Below, piece after piece: positions 51,042-60,622 of a stretch of 64,000 nt of DNA. The position numbers and the translations under genes are program-made. Under the pieces are notes generated by a model. The model was not told where the DNA came from and ran no database searches. It worked only from the letters and a program-made list of their open reading frames with translations. The DNA is from Planctomycetota bacterium (GTDB lineage: Bacteria > Planctomycetota > GCA-002687715 > CAIWVZ01). The stretch covers positions 608,001-672,000 of the forward strand of contig JBGANV010000001.1 in the NCBI GenBank assembly GCA_044222185.1, read 5' to 3'. Numbering within the stretch: the stretch's first letter is position 1; every line of letters begins with the position of its first letter.

Positions 51042-52060
51042 TCCACGTGGCCTTCGATGCGACCGCGCTCGATGAAGGGCCGTCCGGGGCCAAATCCCGG
51101 CTCGTGCGGATGGTCCCCCCGCTCGTCGCGCGTGGGCTCCGGGTCTCGGTGATCCACCGCAGCCGCCTCGACGCGGGGGCGCGCGCGGCGCTCGCGCAGG
51201 CTCAGCTCGTCACCGCGGACGACGTGCCGCCGACGCCCGTGAGGCGATGGCTTTCGCGCGGCTGGTTCGACGTCGCGATCGCGGACCGAGTGCGAGCCGA
51301 TTGGTACGTCGTCGAAGCCTGGCCCCAGCCGGCGAGGCCGGACGTCATTCCGCTCATCCACGACTTGCGGCACCTGCGCGGCTCAGTCGCCCACGCAGCG
51401 GTGTTCCGCCGGTGGCTCGCGTCATCGCTTCGGTGTGCCACGCTCGTTCATGTCGTATCCGAGACGGTGAAGCGCGAGCTCGCCGCCATCCACCCGGATT
51501 CCGCGGCGCGTGTCGCCGTCGTCCCAAACTCGGTCGTGGTTCCGCCCGACGTGCCGGCGCCCGCCGTCCGCCACCCGCCATACGTCCTCGTCGTCGGGCA
51601 CGCCGAGGACCGAAAGAACTGGCCGCTCGTGACACGGCTCGCATCGCGGCTGTCGACCGATGGTATTTCCGTGATCCGCGCCGGTCGGGTGGCCCGCCGC
51701 GCCATCCGAGGGGTCATCGATCGAGGTTTTGTGGACGACGCGGAGCGCGACGCGCTGATCCTTGGTGCCGTCGCGGTCGTGTGTCCCGCACGGTTGGAGG
51801 GCTTCGGCCTGGTTCCCCTGGAGGCGCTGGCCTTGGGTGCACGGGTTCTCGCGTCCGACATCCCGAGCCACCGCGAGGTTCTCGGCGAGGCCGCCGACTA
51901 TTTCGGTGTGGACGATGCGGAGCGTCTCGTCGCCCAGGTACGCGGACTCGCAGGATCCTCGGTCGACGATCAGGTCGCGCGCGCGCGCGCGGCAAGACTT
52001 CGCGCCGCGGAGTTCACTGCCGATCGTTCCGCCGACGCGTTCGTTCGCTCGCTGCCCTGA
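51038..52060 (+). CDS. GT4 glycosyltransferase
   Basis: IHDL, RKN, EGFGLVPLEA, ASDIP. Confidence 0.85.
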   Translation: MIHVAFDATALDEGPSGAKSRLVRMVPPLVARGLRVSVIHRSRLDAGARAALAQAQLVTADDVPPTPVRRWLSRGWFDVAIADRVRADWYVVEAWPQPARPDVIPLIHDLRHLRGSVAHAAVFRRWLASSLRCATLVHVVSETVKRELAAIHPDSAARVAVVPNSVVVPPDVPAPAVRHPPYVLVVGHAEDRKNWPLVTRLASRLSTDGISVIRAGRVARRAIRGVIDRGFVDDAERDALILGAVAVVCPARLEGFGLVPLEALALGARVLASDIPSHREVLGEAADYFGVDDAERLVAQVRGLAGSSVDDQVARARAARLRAAEFTADRSADAFVRSLP

Positions 52061-52067
52061 CGCGGGC

Positions 52068-52670
52068 TCAGGGCGGCGTCGTGCCGCCGCCGGCGATCAG
52101 GTGGTAGAGCCACGCTGCGATGCCGACCATGATCAGCAGAACTCCCACGAGCATGAGCATGCGGAAGAGGAACGGCTGTTGGGAGAGGTCGGCCCGAAGG
52201 AAGCCGAAGGTCCCGGTCTTGCGACGCTGCTTCGACCCGGTCTTCGAAAACTGAAGCGCGCGCTCGGAGACCGTGGCGGTGGAGATCGTCGTGCCGCCGG
52301 CGCCGAACTGGATGACCTCGTCGGGGTTTCCGGCGAGGGCGGCCGCCGGGGAGCGCCGGGTCGTCGCGGGCTCGGGCGCGGCCTCCGGGTCGGCCGAGAA
52401 CCGGAATGCAGTCGTCCCGATGCGCACGACGTCCCCGTCCTTGAGCTCGGCGCGCTCGACCCGCTCCTCGTTGACGTAGGTGCCATTCTTCGAGTTCAGG
52501 TCGATGACGGAGAACCCGCCTGCGGACTTGTAGATCCGGGTGTTCTGCCTCGACGAACCCACGTCCTGGATCGGAATCGCGTTCGACGGCAGCCGTCCGA
52601 TGACCTGCGTGTCGCCGAGCACCATCTCCCGACCTTGGTTTTCGCCGCTCGTGATGATGAGTCTTGCCAT
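52068..52670 (-). CDS. FHA-domain membrane protein
   Basis: IGR, SSRQN, DLNSKNGTYVN, LKDGD.VRIG; C-terminal TM. Confidence 0.88.
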   Translation of the reverse strand: MARLIITSGENQGREMVLGDTQVIGRLPSNAIPIQDVGSSRQNTRIYKSAGGFSVIDLNSKNGTYVNEERVERAELKDGDVVRIGTTAFRFSADPEAAPEPATTRRSPAAALAGNPDEVIQFGAGGTTISTATVSERALQFSKTGSKQRRKTGTFGFLRADLSQQPFLFRMLMLVGVLLIMVGIAAWLYHLIAGGGTTPP

Positions 52671-52791
52671 ACGCTCCGGCGGCCATCTTAGGGATCGCCG
52701 CAGCAGGGCGGAAGCCTGCGGGGCGGAAAACCCCCCAGGCGCACGCGCGTTCGATGGGCCTTTCTGACTCCTCCGGTAGGATCGCGGCACG

Positions 52792-53613
52792 ATGACCGAA
52801 GTCGTGATCGACGCGAACAGCGTTGCGTTCGGGTTTCGCAGGAAGAACGTCCTCGTGGACTTCAACCTCAGTGTCAGCGCCGGCGAATCCGTCGTGATGC
52901 TGGGGGCGAATGGCGCAGGGAAGACGACGGCGCTGAGGCTCCTTGCTGGCGAGATTTCGCCGGATGCTGGCCGGGTGCGGGTACTCGGGGGTGATCCGCG
53001 GCGCGCCGAGGTCCGCAGGCGAATGGCGTTCCTGCGCGACTATCCCATGCTCCTGGACTTCCTGACGGTGAGTGAGTGGATCCGTTTCCAGGTGGGGATC
53101 CAGGGGAAATCCGCACCGTCGAAGTCCGCGCTGCAAACGATCCTCGAACGTGTGGGGCTCGAGGCGGTGGCGAAAAAGCGGACGACGGCCTTGAGCAAGG
53201 GCATGAAGCGGCGGTGCGAGCTCGCGTTCCTGCTTTCACTCGATGCGCCGGTCTGGCTGCTCGACGAGCCCGGCGCCGGTCTCGACCCGGCGGGCACTCG
53301 GCTGTTTCGCGAAGTCGTCCATGAGGCTCGCGGTCGTGGAACGGCGGTCCTCTTCTCATCGCACGCGACGTCTGACGCGGTGCTCACAGCGGATCGCACG
53401 GTGATCCTCGAGCGTGGAGCTGCGGCGTTCGCTGGGGACCGTGCGGCGCTGATGGCGCGCCTCGGCGCACGGTCATTCGTCGCGGACGGCTGTCAGGGCG
53501 ATCCGACCGCGGCCATCCGCTCGGCGGTCGAACAGGCCGGCGGCCGGTTGACCGGCCCGGACGTCCCGCTCGAGAAGCTGGACGACATGGTCTCGGGGTC
53601 GGGCGCCCGATGA
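52792..53613 (+). CDS. ABC transporter ATP-binding protein
   Basis: GANGAGKT, LSKGMKRR, LLDEP, SSH. Confidence 0.88.
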   Translation: MTEVVIDANSVAFGFRRKNVLVDFNLSVSAGESVVMLGANGAGKTTALRLLAGEISPDAGRVRVLGGDPRRAEVRRRMAFLRDYPMLLDFLTVSEWIRFQVGIQGKSAPSKSALQTILERVGLEAVAKKRTTALSKGMKRRCELAFLLSLDAPVWLLDEPGAGLDPAGTRLFREVVHEARGRGTAVLFSSHATSDAVLTADRTVILERGAAAFAGDRAALMARLGARSFVADGCQGDPTAAIRSAVEQAGGRLTGPDVPLEKLDDMVSGSGAR

Positions 53614-54743
53614 TCCGATCCGCGGTTTCGTGCTTCAGGGTTTCCCTGCTCGCGATTTCTCGCGGGCCGCTGATCGCCGCTTCGATCGTCGTATTCGTCT
53701 GCCTGCTCGCGGCGCTGCCGACCGTTCGCGCGGACGACCGGGCCGAGCTTTTGCGGCAGCACGTCGCGTGGGAACTGTCCGGAGGCGCCGCGATCCTGTT
53801 CATCCTCGCCGTGACCCTTCCCATCGGTCGAGGTGCGCAACTCCAACGCGAACGTGACGCGCGCATCGCCGGCCGGATGGTCGCCACTTTGGCCCACGCT
53901 CTGGCGCTCGTCGTCGTGTTGTTGACGGTCGGTTGCGCCCTCGCGCTCGTGGGCTTCGTCTGGTTGCGTGCGCGGTTCGGTGAGCCCGATGCGCTGATCC
54001 CGACTCCCGTCGTTCGTGACGTGCTCGCCATGTCCGCCGAGACGATCCGCCTCACACCGGGCGAGCGCACGGCTGCCCTGGTGCTGCGGTTCGACGCAAC
54101 TGGGGTCGGTGGGGCGACCCTCTCGCTGCGGCCGGTGATTTCCTTCACTCCAATCAACGGGCCCGCGTCCCGCGCGACGCGCCCCCGTCTCGAAATCGAG
54201 GTGACGTCACGCGGTCGGTCGGCGCGACACGAACTGGAGTTCCGGGACGGCGGCGCCACGGAGATTCCCGTCCCGTTCGGAAGCGCAGGACTTGCCTCCG
54301 AGTCGGCGACGCTTCGATTTCGCATGGTGGGTGAGGGGCGGCAGTTCGAGTTTCGAGCCGGAGACGTCATCGTGCTGGGCGCGCGGGGTCGCATCCTTCC
54401 GGCCCTGGCTCGGGGATTCGCCGTGCTTGCGTTGGCAGCGGGCGTGATCGGCGTCCTCCTTCTGTGGTTCGCCGGATTCTCGTCGGCGCCCATCGCGTTC
54501 GCCGCAGTGTTGACGACGGTGCTGGTCTCGGCGGTCGCTGCGGCGTGGGAGCCGGGTGCCGCGGCAGCATGGATCCCTGCGTTCGTGTTCGGGGACGCCG
54601 ATCCCTCGCAGAGGGTTCGTGCGGGCTGGGGCGTTGGGTGGTGTGACGTCGGGGAGTGCGCGGCGCGGTGCGCGGTGTACACGGTGGCCGTATCCGTCGG
54701 CGCCTGGTTCCCGCGCAGACCCGAAGCGGGGAGATCGTCATGA
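53610..54743 (+). CDS. Membrane protein, probable ABC-2-type permease with extracytoplasmic insert
   Basis: About three TMs, a soluble beta-rich domain, then more TMs; ATGA-coupled to the ATPase. Confidence 0.6.
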   Translation: MIRSAVSCFRVSLLAISRGPLIAASIVVFVCLLAALPTVRADDRAELLRQHVAWELSGGAAILFILAVTLPIGRGAQLQRERDARIAGRMVATLAHALALVVVLLTVGCALALVGFVWLRARFGEPDALIPTPVVRDVLAMSAETIRLTPGERTAALVLRFDATGVGGATLSLRPVISFTPINGPASRATRPRLEIEVTSRGRSARHELEFRDGGATEIPVPFGSAGLASESATLRFRMVGEGRQFEFRAGDVIVLGARGRILPALARGFAVLALAAGVIGVLLLWFAGFSSAPIAFAAVLTTVLVSAVAAAWEPGAAAAWIPAFVFGDADPSQRVRAGWGVGWCDVGECAARCAVYTVAVSVGAWFPRRPEAGRSS

Positions 54744-55846
54744 CCCGCGGCCTGTTCGCGCTGGGCGTGGCCCTCGTCCTCGCCGTGGTCCAGACACGCC
54801 TTCCGTTCGCGCCGGCGGTCGTGTCGAACGATCCGGGGGAGCGCGCCGTAGCCATGCTCGGTGGCATCGTTCGCCCGAGCGTCGTTCAGGTGCTCTGGCT
54901 CGAGGCGGAAGCGGCTCTGCGCGAACGGCGACTGTTCGATGCAGTCGATAGGCTGCGGCTTCTCGAGATCGCCGATCCGGGGAACTGGCGCGCGGCGCAG
55001 TTCCGGGCGTTCGTGCTCGCTCACGACATCTGTGAGCGCGAGGCGACGGACGACGTGCGCGTGGCGCGTGTGCTCGAAGCCATGAGTGTTCTGGATCGTG
55101 CGGCGCGAGCGACGTCCGAGCCCGATCCGCTGTTCGCCCTCGGTCAGATGCTCCTCGAAGACCGGTTCTGGAACGAATCGCTGTCCCGCGGCATCGAGCG
55201 GGTTCGCAAGGAGTCACCGAGGATGATCGCTGCCAAGGCACTCGACGAGGCCTGCGTGCGGGCTCCCGGTGCTCGGTCCGTTGCGCTCCTCGCGATGGAG
55301 GCGTGGCGGCGCGCGGGGATCGAGGAGCTCATGCGCCGAGGTGACGTGGACGTCGCTCGCGCCAGTTTCGATCACGCACGCGCCGCCGCGGCGCGCTTGC
55401 CGTCAACCGACTCGGCGGCTGCGGCCCTAGTCCGCGCATGGGCCGAAGTGCTGGATGCCGTGCAGGGCGGCCCGACGCGCGACTTGCCCGAGGCTGGAGC
55501 GCGTCTGGGCGCGCTCGTCGCACGGATCTGCCCACCGGGAAGCACCCTCGACGATTCGGAGGCGGTCTTCGCCATGGCGCTTCCCAGAGTGCTCGTACGA
55601 ACGTCGGAAAAGCACCTCGCGAGGCCGGCGGGCGGGCCCGCCGCCTTGTCCGCGATCCAGGCGGCTCATAGGATCCGCGCTCTCGTCGAGCCGTGTATCT
55701 CCCGCGAGAATCGCGCGCTCGTCCGATCGATGGTCGATCAGGCCCGCTGGCGGAAGGCTCTCGACGACATCCAGTCGAAGGATCCTTCGACCCATGGTGC
55801 CGTAGCCGAGTTGCGCCGCGAACTCGACTCATGGCGGGACGAGTGA
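54740..55846 (+). CDS. Hypothetical helical exported/membrane-anchored protein
   Basis: N-terminal hydrophobic segment, MLGG..R....VLWL motif, TPR-like helices; ATGA-coupled. Confidence 0.6.
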   Translation: MTRGLFALGVALVLAVVQTRLPFAPAVVSNDPGERAVAMLGGIVRPSVVQVLWLEAEAALRERRLFDAVDRLRLLEIADPGNWRAAQFRAFVLAHDICEREATDDVRVARVLEAMSVLDRAARATSEPDPLFALGQMLLEDRFWNESLSRGIERVRKESPRMIAAKALDEACVRAPGARSVALLAMEAWRRAGIEELMRRGDVDVARASFDHARAAAARLPSTDSAAAALVRAWAEVLDAVQGGPTRDLPEAGARLGALVARICPPGSTLDDSEAVFAMALPRVLVRTSEKHLARPAGGPAALSAIQAAHRIRALVEPCISRENRALVRSMVDQARWRKALDDIQSKDPSTHGAVAELRRELDSWRDE

Positions 55847-55904
55847 CGATCACCTGAGGCCCGCGCCCCCTCGGCCCGCGCCCAACCGAAACCGAGTTTG
55901 AAGA

Positions 55905-56360
55905 GTGACCACGTCCGAGCCCAAGACGCGTCTTTCGCCCGAGGAAGTGTGTGACCTCGCGGTCGAGATCCTGCTCGATCGCAAGGCGTACGACATCCTC
56001 GTCCTCGACATCTCCAAGTGTTCCGACCTCGCCGACTACATGGTGATCTGCAGCGCGCGCAATGCACGCCAGACCCAGGCGATCGCTGCCCAGCTCTCCG
56101 AGCGTTTGAAGAAGGCCGGCGTACGGCGCGTGTCCGTCGCAGGAACCGAGGTCGGTTCCTGGGTCGTGCTGGACTACGGTGACGTGTTCATCCACGTCAT
56201 GCAGACTCAGGCGCGCTCCTATTACGACCTCGAGGCCCTCTGGGGCGACGCGAAGACCGTGAAGAAGCTCGAGGGGGAGAAGCCCCGCGGATTGGGTGAC
56301 GTGGATGACGTCGATGCGGAGCCGGATGAATCGGATGAGGACGACGACGGCGAGGAATGA
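55905..56360 (+). CDS. rsfS: Ribosome silencing factor
   Basis: DRKAYDI.VLD, DYMVICS, WVVLDYGDVFIHVM, YYDLEALW; acidic tail. Confidence 0.93.
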   Translation: MTTSEPKTRLSPEEVCDLAVEILLDRKAYDILVLDISKCSDLADYMVICSARNARQTQAIAAQLSERLKKAGVRRVSVAGTEVGSWVVLDYGDVFIHVMQTQARSYYDLEALWGDAKTVKKLEGEKPRGLGDVDDVDAEPDESDEDDDGEE

Positions 56361-56392
56361 TGGCGCGCCGTCGCCGTGCGCCCCTCAGCCAC

Positions 56393-56803
56393 TCACTTGG
56401 GAGATTCGTCGATCAGGTCGACCTTGATGGCGAATGAGCCGAGGATCCCCGCGACGTTCTTGCGGAGGTCCGAGCTTTCGGCCACCAGCTCCGTGCCGTC
56501 GTGCGCCGTCAGGCGGTACGCGTGCCCCACGTCGTCGACGTAGCCCAGTCGATTCTGGTTCACGTCGCAAACCTGGTGGATCGTGTGGGGTTTCCCCTCG
56601 CCAGCGACCTCGAAAGTGCGGAGCCACCCGGCGTGTTTGCCGTCGGCCATCACTCGGTGGAGCGCCGTCAGGCGGCGGTCGGCTTGCGGCGCGACTCGGA
56701 TCTCGGGTTGGCTGACAACCACGTCCTCATGCGAGCACGCACCGAGAAAAAGAAGAGGGGCTGCGAGGAGAACTCGACGGAGCCGGTTCGCGACGGAGTG
56801 CAT
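56393..56803 (-). CDS. Hypothetical lipoprotein
   Basis: Basic N-region, lipobox FLGA-C. Confidence 0.65.
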   Translation of the reverse strand: MHSVANRLRRVLLAAPLLFLGACSHEDVVVSQPEIRVAPQADRRLTALHRVMADGKHAGWLRTFEVAGEGKPHTIHQVCDVNQNRLGYVDDVGHAYRLTAHDGTELVAESSDLRKNVAGILGSFAIKVDLIDESPK

Positions 56804-57040
56804 GTTTCGCTTATCTGCCTTTTCCTGAAGGTGTTACGTGCGAGGCCGGAGCTTATCAGGCTCGTCTCGCAGCTGCAAGCTCGAGCGTTCGGCCAGCGCA
56901 TTGACATGCGCCCCATGACATTTCGGCATTTGTCGCCGCGCGGGGACGCATGTTTGCCGCGCGCCGCCGCACGAACGGATCGGGTGGCCGGCCGAAGATG
57001 TAACTGTGGAGCCGTGACGTGCACCGAAACGGGCAGATGT

Positions 57041-57067
57041 TGAACCGCCTCGTGACGTTCCGCGTCT
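57041..57067 (+). promoter_or_regulatory. Candidate ECF-sigma (autoregulatory) promoter
   Basis: TGAACC-N16-CGTCT, matching the general ECF AAC/CGT consensus, ~150 nt upstream of the ECF sigma gene. Confidence 0.45.
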
Positions 57068-57213
57068 TTGATGGAGGCGGTAGCCGGCCTCGGAGCTGCC
57101 TCCGAGGTTCAGGATCCGCAGAACTCGAGGCAGGTGCGAACAAGCACGGAGGAATGGAACAGGACTTGCGTCTATCAGATTGGAGCGCTGGCTTTCCCGG
57201 AAAGGGCACGGCC

Positions 57214-57828
57214 ATGACTGACTTGTTTCTCGACACCAAACCACTGGACTCTGGGGCAACGATCGCGACCTCTGTCACGGCGCAGGACGACAAGGATCTC
57301 GTCCGGGCGTGTCAGCAGGGCGACGCTTCAGCGTTCGAGAAGTTGGTCACGCGCTACCAGAAGAAGGTCTACTGGATCGCCTACAACCTGGTTGGTGACG
57401 CGGAGGACGCGACCGATCTGGCACAAGAGGCATTCATCCGCGTCTTCAAGTCGCTGGACCGCTTCGACCAGAAGTTCAATTTCTACACCTGGCTTTACAG
57501 GATCGTCGTCAACCTCTCGATCGACCACCTACGCAAGGTGAAGAAGCACGAGGCCGTCAGTCTCGATGACTTCCCGGTCGAGCCGGAGATGATCAACGAC
57601 CCCGAGAAGCCCCTGAAGGACGCGGAACTCGCCAAGCAGATCGAGCAGGTCCTGGCGCTCCTGCCGGAGAAGTACCGAACGGTGATCGTCCTTCGCGACG
57701 TTCACGAGCTCTCCTGCGAGGAGATCGCCAAGATCATCAACTGCACCAACGCGACCACTCGGTGGCGCCTGCACAAGGCCCGCGAGATGTTCAAGGAGCG
57801 TTGGGACCGGCTCGTCGGGCACGCCTGA
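57214..57828 (+). CDS. ECF RNA polymerase sigma factor
   Basis: AFEKLV.RY, DAEDATDLAQEAF, FYTWLYRIVVN, LPEKYR, EEIA...WRLHKAR. Confidence 0.93.
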   Translation: MTDLFLDTKPLDSGATIATSVTAQDDKDLVRACQQGDASAFEKLVTRYQKKVYWIAYNLVGDAEDATDLAQEAFIRVFKSLDRFDQKFNFYTWLYRIVVNLSIDHLRKVKKHEAVSLDDFPVEPEMINDPEKPLKDAELAKQIEQVLALLPEKYRTVIVLRDVHELSCEEIAKIINCTNATTRWRLHKAREMFKERWDRLVGHA

Positions 57829-57832
57829 GCAG

Positions 57833-57862
57833 GGCGGTGACGGTCGCCCGATCGTCACCGCC
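57833..57862. terminator. 13-bp hairpin between convergent genes
   Basis: GGCGGTGACGGTC-GCCC-GATCGTCACCGCC just after the sigma stop; no U tract. Confidence 0.45.
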
Positions 57863-57915
57863 GCGTCCACGTCGCTTCCATCTGCACGCCATGACGTGCC
57901 GGGGCGCGCGTCCAT

Positions 57916-58899
57916 TCAGGGCTTCGTTCCAACGTAGCCCGTCGAGAGGACGACGTCGTCGAACCAGACCACGTTCTCACGCGTGGCATGGTGGATGTAG
58001 AGGCCGAGGTCGAAGCGTTTGAGGGTTACGGCGGCCGAACTGCGCCAGCGAAAGCCCTTCTCGTGCAGGTAGAGGCGGCCGTCGATCCATGCGGCGAGTT
58101 CGCCGTCGGCCTTCCCGATCGAGTTCACCTGGACCATGAGCTCGTAGCCGTGCCACCTGCCTCGATCGGGGACGAACCGTTGCGCGGGCTCCGGGCCGAA
58201 CATGTTGCCCCAGTAGTGGCCGTCGCGGTCTCGCTTCATGTCCATCCAGTAGGTGTAAAGGAACATGAACCCTGGCGCGGGCACGCGGCCCCAGTCCTTC
58301 CAGGCTTCCAATCGCGTCGAGAAGCCGTCGTCACCCATGGGACGAAGTCCCGCGCCGCCCATGCCAGCCCACTTGTCATTGCCGGCGACGCCCGCGAGGC
58401 TGCCGCCGGTGTGGTTCAGGTCGCCCTGGTCGTAGTCCGGCGCGAACCGCAGGTAGTACCGCAGGTGGACTCGTTCGTGGTTCTCCTGGCCGAACCACAA
58501 GGTCGCGCCGGATCCGGAAGAGCGCCCCCCCGCGGCCGGAGCCGCGAGCCTCAGCGCCCCGCGGCCCGAGTGCGCCGCACCCGGCGACTCGTCGATCCGC
58601 GCCCGCCCATCGTCGTCGCCGCGGACCTCGAAGTAGTCCTTCAACGTGCGCGACGATTCGAAGTCGTGCGACTTCAGGATTCGCCCCGCCTGCTCGAGGC
58701 CAGCGAGCGCCTTCGCGTTGGCGCGCGTCGCCTCCGTCACGAGGGTGGGGTAGGGGCGGTCTTCCTCGCGCGTGGTCGGACGGGAGTCCTGCCCGCACGT
58801 CCGGCCTTCCGACGCGATGAGCGCGACCATCACGGTGACCGCACGGACCATCCACCGAATCCGCACGTCCGACCGCGCGACCGAAGCGCTGATGTTCAT
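57916..58899 (-). CDS. Secreted hypothetical protein, polysaccharide-lyase/ConA-like beta-jelly-roll
   Basis: Trp/Tyr-rich; HDFES, RWHGYELMVQVN...DGELAAWIDG, WFDDVVLST; start uncertain (58899 or 58851). Confidence 0.6.
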   Translation of the reverse strand: MNISASVARSDVRIRWMVRAVTVMVALIASEGRTCGQDSRPTTREEDRPYPTLVTEATRANAKALAGLEQAGRILKSHDFESSRTLKDYFEVRGDDDGRARIDESPGAAHSGRGALRLAAPAAGGRSSGSGATLWFGQENHERVHLRYYLRFAPDYDQGDLNHTGGSLAGVAGNDKWAGMGGAGLRPMGDDGFSTRLEAWKDWGRVPAPGFMFLYTYWMDMKRDRDGHYWGNMFGPEPAQRFVPDRGRWHGYELMVQVNSIGKADGELAAWIDGRLYLHEKGFRWRSSAAVTLKRFDLGLYIHHATRENVVWFDDVVLSTGYVGTKP

Positions 58900-59128
58900 G
58901 GCACACGATGGTGCCCTCGCGGCTGCCGCGACGAAAGTGACTCGCTGGATGCCTCGGCGGCGCGCGCCTTGGCGTCGGCGCGCCGCCTGGATCGCGCCCC
59001 CCGCGCGCCCCCCGCGCACTTCGGAAACCGACGGTCGGCTTGCCTGGGTGCACGCGGTTTCCCGTCGGTGGCCCAATCCAGGCTGCCTGCTGACTGCCCC
59101 CCGTCCTGATATCCTTCGCGGCAACACC

Positions 59129-59202
59129 GGGCCCTTAGCTCAATCGGTCAGAGCTGCGGACTCATAATCTGCTGGTTGCCGGTTCGAGTCCGGCAGGGCC
59201 CA
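59129..59202 (+). tRNA. tRNA with CAT anticodon, Ile2 (lysidine) type; CCA not encoded
   Basis: Acceptor stem GGGCCCT/AGGGCCC+A, D arm TAGCTCA, anticodon arm GCGGA-CTCATAA-TCTGC, T arm GGTTCGAGTCC; resembles ileX rather than fMet (no C1:A72 mismatch, no GGG/CCC anticodon stem). Confidence 0.92.
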
Positions 59203-60557
59203 TCAGCGGCAAGGTCGTGGCGGGCGCAGAGTTTCGTCGAACGGGGAGGACGCGCGCGGCGACTGCCTCCGCCGCCGATTGCCAGAATACTGCCAACTTC
59301 GTTCGCGTCCGCCGTCGGATTCGGCGCCGCGACGAGCGAAGCGACCTTGTCGATCGCGGCGAGCGAGTCCGACAGTCGGAGGTCGGTGTAGTGCTTGAGC
59401 GTCAGCCTCGGATCCTGATGCCCGAGGACGCGCGAGACGATCGCGACGTCGAGCCCGTGGCGGAACATGCGGGTTGCGGCCGAGCCGCGAAGCGCATGCA
59501 GGTCGAGGACGCGCCCGTTTTCGTCGGTGTGGGCGATGCCCGCATGGTCCAGGACGCGACGGAGCAACTTCAACGTGTTCGAGCTGTCGTCCGGGTCGTG
59601 AGCGCGGCCGAGCGGCGTGAGGAAAACGCGATCCGTCGAAAGGCGAGGTCCGTCCCGTCGCGTGTGGAACGCCCGAAGGTCTGCGAGGTCCTCCGCAAGT
59701 TGCTGGGATAGGGGAACCTGTCGGGAGCGGTGGTTCTTCGCGGTCCCGGCCTGCACGGTGAGGGACCGTCGTTCGATGTCGACGTCGGCCCAGACAAGCG
59801 ACGCCGCTTCACCCCAGCGGAGGCCCGTCCATAGGATCGCGCGAAAGAGCGGCGCCTGGGGAACGGGCGCCGTGCGCGGGCGCATCGCGTACGCGAGTCC
59901 CTTGGAACCTCCTGCGATCGTGCGTTCGGCAAGCATCGACGCCTCGCGCTCGCGGTCCTCGTCTTCTGCCGCACGCAGGAACCTACCGGTCTCCTCCTCC
60001 GTCAGCGCGCGACGCTTCGTCCGTACGGTCGATTCGTCGACCGGAAGCGGCCGGATTCCGGCGATCGGATTGGCGACGATGAGCCCGGTGCGCACTGCCC
60101 AATTCAGGCCGGACCGCAGCGAACCGACTTCGATGTTCGCCGTGCGGAAACTCGCGCCTTGCGCGATGCGCTTCCTTCGACGCTCGATGATCAGGGTCGG
60201 CGTGACGTCGCGAACCTGGATGGATCCGAACGCCGCTCGGAGACGGCCGAGTTGCTCCTGCACCCGACGCACGTATCTCGGCCTGCGCATGGATGCGAGG
60301 TCCGACAGGTAGGCGTCGACCACTTCACCGAGAGCGCGCTCGTTCCCATCCTCGCGCACGAGCCCGCTGATGGCGAGGTCGCGCTCGCGGACGAGCTTCG
60401 CGAGCATCCTTTCCGCGACCACCTTGTCCGTGCTCAGGGTTCAACGGTGCCGCTTGCCGTCTGAGCCGGCCCGGTCGCCGAGGTATGCAAACCGCCCGTC
60501 GGCGCCCTTCTGCCGAATCAGTCGTCCTCGGCCCCGCCCCTTCTGTCGTTCGCTCAT
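59148..60557 (-). pseudogene. Tyrosine recombinase/integrase with an in-frame TGA at codon 39 (catalytic domain intact, 59148-60422)
   Basis: Catalytic motifs TGLRWGE, AKN, HALR, LGH, KHY; upstream in-frame MSERQKG...DGKRHR*TLSTDK with RBS GGAG. Confidence 0.7.
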
Positions 60558-60622
60558 GTCGCGCTCCGTTCGCATCCGTCGTGGAGTTCGGCTGTACGAT
60601 CTTCAGCCAAAGGAGTGTCACG

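Noticed and set aside
57076-57087. ops/JUMPStart element GGCGGTAG
   Set aside because: Lacks the nnTG end, lies before a short sigma gene rather than the EPS operon, and an 8-mer match is plausible by chance
60441-60443. Selenocysteine at the integrase TGA
   Set aside because: No Cys-type motif and integrases have no redox role there; a nonsense mutation is simpler
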